This document shows positions 58,873 to 64,000 of a stretch of 64,000 bases of DNA, piece by piece. Numbering within the stretch: the first letter of the stretch is position 1; each line of letters begins with the position of its first letter. A program made the position numbers and the translations under genes. Source of the DNA: Alistipes sp. GTDB taxonomy: Bacteria; Bacteroidota; Bacteroidia; Bacteroidales; Rikenellaceae. Location of the stretch: contig JAFYRX010000024.1 in assembly GCA_017546725.1 (NCBI GenBank), positions 1,390 through 65,389 on the forward strand, given 5' to 3'. The notes beneath the pieces were generated by a model, which worked only from the letters and a program-made list of their open reading frames with translations, was not told the origin of the DNA and ran no database searches.

Positions 58873-60101
58873 ATTATTCCATTAATGTCTCCTTCACTAT
58901 TCTCCACTTCAATTGTCAATGATGACTGTATTGAGTGTATCTTGTCTTCTATATCATTCCTGTCTTTTCCTGAAATAATAATTGGTCCTAATCGTTGACC
59001 TTTATAAGTCATCTGCTTAGTCTCATCACCAACTGATGCATCAATATCGCATTTATGTACATAGAACAATGACTTGATTAGTTCAATCCCTTCCACTGAC
59101 TTAACAATTCCCTTAGGAAGATAAAAACAAATATAGGCTGATGCTCCTTCTTTTAAAGAACTATACAACTCTTTGAAATCCGTCTCGATCCCTAAAGAAC
59201 AATCCAACAGATAGCTACTTATATTAATACCACATGCCATAGGTAGCAGATGCGAAGATATGTACACACCACCTCCACGTAAAGCACTTTCAACAATCCG
59301 AATCTCCCCTGTCGCCTGATTTACCAAATATTCAGCATGTACTATAGCAAAACGCGGATTAATATATTGACACATCTTTTGTTCGCACTCTATGCACTGT
59401 TGCTTGATGTCATCTGAAATAGTAGAAGGAAATATCGTTTGGCTCGGAATAAATATATTGGGAAGATTAAAGTACCTACGATCTGCAATACCTAAATTAA
59501 AGTATTCCCCTTTATAAATAAATCCTTCAACAACGATTTCATCTCCAACGAAGAACTCTTCTACAATAGCTGCTCCATTACGTGAGCATTTCAATGCATG
59601 CTCTATAGCTGCAAAATACTCCTCGGTAGAATTTACTTTTGAAACACCTATACTACTCTGGGAATCCTCCGGCTTAACCATCCAAGGAAACGGAATTTCC
59701 TTGAATTCGTCAGGAATCCTAACCTCCAAAACACGAGTATGCTTAGGAACAGGTATTCCTAAAATATCGCTATTCTGTCTGAAAATATTTTTATTGCAGT
59801 ACGCATCTACCTGAGAAAATGTATTGCCTGGTAAGGAGAGATGTTCTGCCACATAAGCTACAGTAGGCATCATCAAATCATTCTGATCAGAAATGACTGC
59901 ATCTATCTTTTCTTCTTTAGCAATACGGAGTACTTCCTCACGTTTGAATATATCTACATAATAAACCTTATCAGCAAGTTCAATACAAGGATAATCTCCT
60001 GGGATAGTTACAACTATCAGGTAATATCCTCTATCTTTAGCAAGGAGTGATATTGGGACTTGACCGATACCAGCACCTATCATTAAAACTTTTTTCATCA
60101 A
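58863..60101 (-). CDS. ATP-grasp amide ligase family protein
   Basis: IGAGIGQ, NK..FR, VKPEDSQSSIGV, VEEFFVG.E, HAEY, VESALRGGG. Confidence 0.87.
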   Translation of the reverse strand: MMKKVLMIGAGIGQVPISLLAKDRGYYLIVVTIPGDYPCIELADKVYYVDIFKREEVLRIAKEEKIDAVISDQNDLMMPTVAYVAEHLSLPGNTFSQVDAYCNKNIFRQNSDILGIPVPKHTRVLEVRIPDEFKEIPFPWMVKPEDSQSSIGVSKVNSTEEYFAAIEHALKCSRNGAAIVEEFFVGDEIVVEGFIYKGEYFNLGIADRRYFNLPNIFIPSQTIFPSTISDDIKQQCIECEQKMCQYINPRFAIVHAEYLVNQATGEIRIVESALRGGGVYISSHLLPMACGINISSYLLDCSLGIETDFKELYSSLKEGASAYICFYLPKGIVKSVEGIELIKSLFYVHKCDIDASVGDETKQMTYKGQRLGPIIISGKDRNDIEDKIHSIQSSLTIEVENSEGDINGIIWN

Positions 60102-61132
60102 TCAAACTTTATCAAATCTAGCAACCATGACTTATTTACAAGCACAACTGCTACTAAATAAACAGCAACAGCAAGCCCCCACGATTTCTTTGACAATATA
60201 CAGTTCATGACCTTATCAATCCTATCACCAAAGAAAAATATCGACATAAAAGGCACTATAAATACATTCAAAACAATCCACAGAAGTGTATATGGTAATT
60301 GCGAAAATATTCCATAAGAGATTGGAAACACCAATAGCATGTGCAATAGATAAACGTTCATTGTACGACCGCCATATGCAGACCACACAAATTTCTTATT
60401 GGGCGTAACTCGAATAATGAAGTAACAAATCAAACCAATAAAGAGATAGTTTACAACAAAACAGAGTATGCTATATAACGACATATGCGGAACAAGGTAA
60501 AAGCCCGAACTGTATGACAAACCTTTTATAAACCAGCATAAAAACAAGTAAACTACAATTGAAAATATCAAATATAGTAAGGAACTTTTACCCCCCCCTA
60601 ATTTAATATTTTTTAACATTATTCCCAATAGATAAAATGGATAAAAGCCAATTATTCGATTAAGCTGGAACTCATTAGAAAGCGTAAGGACATGGCCAGA
60701 TAGTGGAAGGAAGTTGTACACCATCACCATCAAACAACTCAGTAATAATAATCTCATTAGTGTCAATCTACTCATTAGCTTAGGTGTTATGAATGAGTAT
60801 ACAAATAATGCCCAAAGATACCACATTGCATATCCCATTGCATGAAATCCACTTTGATAAGATGGATAGAAAAAATACCCTACTATGAAATTGACGCCAG
60901 AGAATAACAACATAGGATACAAATATCGGCTACACAAATCAACCAAGGGGCGTTCTTTCATCCAATATCCACTAATGATAGTAAACATGGGCATCAACCA
61001 ACTTATAAAAAGACCCCAAAACAATTCCAAGCTTCTCGGATAGCCATATATAAGTATAGCATGCTCAAGCACAATGCCTAAAATCATTATGACCTTTAGG
61101 TTATCCCATTTATATACACGTGCTACTGTCAT
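60098..61132 (-). CDS. Acyltransferase_3 family O-acyltransferase
   Basis: RVYKWDNLK, MPMF.IISGY, MWYL, G.RTMNVYLLH. Confidence 0.85.
   Translation of the reverse strand: MTVARVYKWDNLKVIMILGIVLEHAILIYGYPRSLELFWGLFISWLMPMFTIISGYWMKERPLVDLCSRYLYPMLLFSGVNFIVGYFFYPSYQSGFHAMGYAMWYLWALFVYSFITPKLMSRLTLMRLLLLSCLMVMVYNFLPLSGHVLTLSNEFQLNRIIGFYPFYLLGIMLKNIKLGGGKSSLLYLIFSIVVYLFLCWFIKGLSYSSGFYLVPHMSLYSILCFVVNYLFIGLICYFIIRVTPNKKFVWSAYGGRTMNVYLLHMLLVFPISYGIFSQLPYTLLWIVLNVFIVPFMSIFFFGDRIDKVMNCILSKKSWGLAVAVYLVAVVLVNKSWLLDLIKFD
60591..60598 (-). repeat. In-frame G8 homopolymer tract (candidate phase-variation site)
   Basis: C8 on plus; coding strand TTA GGG GGG GGT AAA. Confidence 0.6.
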
Positions 61133-61141
61133 TACCGGTAT

Positions 61142-62281
61142 TTAAGCCTTAAATTTCGATTCTCCTTGATAAATAACATACCCACTCCTATCCGCACTAC
61201 AAGTAACTTCACGGAGTTCCATATCAGTAATCTCTCCAACAACATATGCAGGATTGTCTCTCCAGTTCTCAATGGTAGATTTCAAATGCTCCGTTTCCTT
61301 GCAAAGGAAATAAACACCAGAACACATATTTAGCGTCTTAACCGGTTCTTCAAACTCACCAAGAGCAACATCAATCACACCCTTCACGAAGTCATATCCT
61401 GTAGAAAGACGTACTAGATCAGAGCCGATAAAGTCTCCACCCATTCGACCGCCAATTTCCATAATAGCAATGCGTCCATCCTTGGTAATCTTATACTCTG
61501 CATGAGAAGCACCATTGGTCAAACCAAGAGCATTGAGTGCATTCTTGGTAATGTCATAAATGGTAGCAAACATCTCTTCAGAAAGAGTGGATGGCTGGTG
61601 GTGTTCGAGTTCTACAAAATGAGGAGCCTCAGTTGTAACCTTATCCGTAATCTGTAAAGGATAGTGTACACCATTATATGAAATAAACTCTACACTAATC
61701 TCACGTCCTTCTATAAACTCCTCCACCATTGCTTGATGCTTAAAGGACTTCTCCATGGCAAGCTCAACAGCAGGGTAAAACTCTGAAGAATCCATTATTT
61801 TTGTTACACCCAAAGATCCTGAACGATCTGACGGCTTAGAAATCATTGGATATTGAAACTCACGAAGTCCTTCTATCACTTCCGGGCTATGAAGAGTTTC
61901 AGGAGTGACCATTATATATTTAGGACATGGCACACCAGCTTTCATAAAAGCCTCACGCATCTGGTATTTATTGTTGGCTTTTACAGATGCCTCATAATCG
62001 TTACCTACAAGGTTCATCTTGTTTGCAACGTACGCAACGGTAGGAGCAGCTACATCAGAAGCAATAGTGCAGATACCGTCGATTCCTACCTCTTGACATA
62101 CCTTCAGTATCTCTTCGTTCTCAATGATAGAGATTGGATAGAAGTAATCTACCAAGTCCTTGCATACCGCTCCTTCTGCCCAAGCAAAACAATGGACATC
62201 CAATCCCATCTCCTTAGCCTTCTTAACCAAAGGCAATTGAAGGTATGATGCTCCTATTACTGCTAGCTTTTTTATTTGCAT
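61142..62281 (-). CDS. ATP-grasp amide ligase family protein
   Basis: IGASYLQ, NKYQMRE, SKPSDRSGSLGV, VEEFIEGREISVE, SHAEY, MEIGGRMGG. Confidence 0.88.
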   Translation of the reverse strand: MQIKKLAVIGASYLQLPLVKKAKEMGLDVHCFAWAEGAVCKDLVDYFYPISIIENEEILKVCQEVGIDGICTIASDVAAPTVAYVANKMNLVGNDYEASVKANNKYQMREAFMKAGVPCPKYIMVTPETLHSPEVIEGLREFQYPMISKPSDRSGSLGVTKIMDSSEFYPAVELAMEKSFKHQAMVEEFIEGREISVEFISYNGVHYPLQITDKVTTEAPHFVELEHHQPSTLSEEMFATIYDITKNALNALGLTNGASHAEYKITKDGRIAIMEIGGRMGGDFIGSDLVRLSTGYDFVKGVIDVALGEFEEPVKTLNMCSGVYFLCKETEHLKSTIENWRDNPAYVVGEITDMELREVTCSADRSGYVIYQGESKFKA

Positions 62282-62293
62282 AATTTTAAAACA

Positions 62294-63439
62294 TTACTTT
62301 AACGCATCCGCAATTCTAGGACAAGCCAATCCATCCCCATAAGGATTAACAGCCTGAGACATCTTAGCATACGCCTCTGCATCCTCAAGGAGTGTGCTCA
62401 CCTCATTCATAATCTTATCATAGTCAGTACCCACAAGATGTACTGTGCCGCTCTCCAAAGCTTCAGGACGCTCTGTAGTGTCACGCATTACAAGAACTGG
62501 CTTACCCAAGCCTGGAGCCTCTTCCTGGATACCACCAGAATCGGTAAGAACGATAGTAGCCTTTGACATCAAATGGACAAACTCAAGATACTGGAGTGGT
62601 TCAATAAAGAAGAAGTTCGGACGAGTAAGATCTTCTCCAAACACTTCGTGTATAGGTTTACGCACATTAGGATTCAAGTGCATTGGGTAAACAAAGTCAA
62701 CTTCTGGGTATTTGTCAGAAAGATCCTTCATAGCGGTCACCATACGGATAAAACCATCACCAAAGTTCTCACGTCTGTGACCAGTAATAAGAACAAGTTT
62801 CTTACCGTCTGCCAAACGGGTAACATCGTAACCTGCATTGAGAAGGACTGCATCTTGCTCCTTAGCAATTGCATCGTCACTCTTCAACTTATTCACTACA
62901 TAGTGAAGAGCATCAATAACAGTATTACCTGTTACAAAAATCTGCCCCATCGCCTTCTCTTCAATGAGGTTCTTCTCAGAAAGTGGTGTTGGAGAGAAGT
63001 TATAAGTGGCAATACGTCCAGTCACCTGACGGTTCATCTCCTCTGGCCATGGGCTATAGATATTGTGTGTACGAAGACCAGCCTCAACGTGACCTACGGG
63101 AATCTGAGCATAGAATGCTGCAAGGGCAGCGGCTGTAGAAGTAGTAGTATCACCATGTACAAGCACCACATCAGGACGGCACGTCTTGAACACATCACGC
63201 ATACCATTAAGAATACGTACTGTCACATCTGTCAAGTCCTGTCCCTGCTTCATGATGTTAAGGTCAATATCTGGTATTACCTCAAAAATCTTGAGTACCT
63301 GATCCAGCATCTCTCTGTGCTGACCTGTCACACACACAATTGTTTCAAATTCATCATTTCGTTTCTGAAATTCCTTCACGAGCGGGCACATCTTGATTGC
63401 TTCGGGTCTTGTGCCAAAGACTAACATTACTTTTTTCAT
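62294..63439 (-). CDS. wecB: Non-hydrolysing UDP-GlcNAc 2-epimerase
   Basis: VFGTRPEAIKM, TGQHREM, HGDTTT, HVEAGLRT, HRREN, TDSGGIQEEA, NPYGDG. Confidence 0.95.
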   Translation of the reverse strand: MKKVMLVFGTRPEAIKMCPLVKEFQKRNDEFETIVCVTGQHREMLDQVLKIFEVIPDIDLNIMKQGQDLTDVTVRILNGMRDVFKTCRPDVVLVHGDTTTSTAAALAAFYAQIPVGHVEAGLRTHNIYSPWPEEMNRQVTGRIATYNFSPTPLSEKNLIEEKAMGQIFVTGNTVIDALHYVVNKLKSDDAIAKEQDAVLLNAGYDVTRLADGKKLVLITGHRRENFGDGFIRMVTAMKDLSDKYPEVDFVYPMHLNPNVRKPIHEVFGEDLTRPNFFFIEPLQYLEFVHLMSKATIVLTDSGGIQEEAPGLGKPVLVMRDTTERPEALESGTVHLVGTDYDKIMNEVSTLLEDAEAYAKMSQAVNPYGDGLACPRIADALK

Positions 63440-63495
63440 ATATAATATATTTATTGTTCTTTTATCATGAAATAATATATAATCTTTCCTCTATT

Positions 63496-64000
63496 TTACC
63501 TTCCCTTATACATCTCCTCATAGTACTTCTGGTAGCTGCCAGAGGTGACGTTGTCCATCCAATCTTGATTGTCCAAATACCAGCGGACGGTCTTTTCGAT
63601 ACCCTCCTCAAACTGCAATGATGGCTCCCAGCCGAGCTCCTTCTGCAACTTGGTTGAGTCGATTGCGTAGCGGGCATCGTGACCCAAACGGTCTGTGACG
63701 TATGTTATCAAATCAAGCGAATGACCCTCTGGGTTGCCCAGCAAGCGGTCAACAGTCTTGATAACCACCTTGATAATATCGATATTCTTCCACTCGTTGA
63801 AGCCGCCGATGTTGTAGGTCTCGTTGATCTTGCCCTCGTGGAAAATAACATCAATCGCGCGTGCGTGATCCTCAACAAACAACCAGTCGCGTACGTTCTC
63901 GCCCTTACCATACACAGGCAGAGGCTTGCGCTGGCGGATATTGTTGATAAACAGCGGGATCAGCTTCTCGGGGAACTGATATGGACCGTAGTTATTCGAG
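63496..64000 (-). CDS. rfbB: dTDP-glucose 4,6-dehydratase (3' part; start outside the window)
   Basis: SNNYGPYQFPEKLIP, YGKGENVRDWLFVEDH, DRLGHDARYAID, TVRWYLDN. Confidence 0.95.
   Translation of the reverse strand, partial: SNNYGPYQFPEKLIPLFINNIRQRKPLPVYGKGENVRDWLFVEDHARAIDVIFHEGKINETYNIGGFNEWKNIDIIKVVIKTVDRLLGNPEGHSLDLITYVTDRLGHDARYAIDSTKLQKELGWEPSLQFEEGIEKTVRWYLDNQDWMDNVTSGSYQKYYEEMYKGR

Larger units (their letters stand above)
40890..64000 (-). other. Wzx/Wzy-dependent surface polysaccharide (CPS/O-glycan) locus, 3' portion
   Basis: Co-oriented, tightly spaced sugar-pathway, GT, wzx, wzy and initiating-transferase genes; more AT-rich than the backbone. Confidence 0.93.

Noticed and set aside
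62294-63439. wecB as the missing FnlC 2-epimerase
   Set aside because: Its motifs match the WecB/MnaA type (GTRPEAIKM, NPYGDG) and it lies far from fnlA; it cannot be fully excluded without an assay.
1-64000. CRISPR array, transposase, integrase or prophage genes
   Set aside because: No regularly spaced repeats and no recognisable mobile-element ORFs were seen.

Overview
Chromosomal window from a Bacteroidales bacterium. Bacteroidetes TAnnTTTG promoters and the gene content suggest a Rikenellaceae/Alistipes-like organism (inference). Positions 1-38.7 kb are housekeeping backbone: a TetR-TolC-MFP-RND efflux operon, ruvB, aroB, typA, nadB-nadC-nadA, rpe, ABC-F, rlmB, a ROK regulator, fabD, miaB, plsY, an acyl-CoA ligase, a LytS/LytTR pair, several secreted hydrolases and three outer-membrane beta-barrel genes, ending in tRNA-Lys(CTT). 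After the tRNA come integrase-arm-like repeats, umuDC, and the 3' ~23 kb of a minus-strand Wzx/Wzy surface-polysaccharide locus. Four signals stand out. (1) By manual reading the backbone has no CATG in the first 40 kb and almost no GATC, whereas the central polysaccharide genes contain both freely; this marks an imported cassette whose left junction falls inside an epimerase gene. (2) The cassette encodes WecE plus three ATP-grasp ligases and no WecD, a cytidylyltransferase-oxidoreductase fusion with an SDR and LicD, and an FnlA/RmlD-like pair without FnlC, which together suggest an undescribed amide- and polyol-phosphate-decorated glycan. (3) An acyltransferase carries an in-frame G8 tract. 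(4) A shared palindromic 3' module with a MITE-like element sits at the ends of two dispersed beta-barrel genes.
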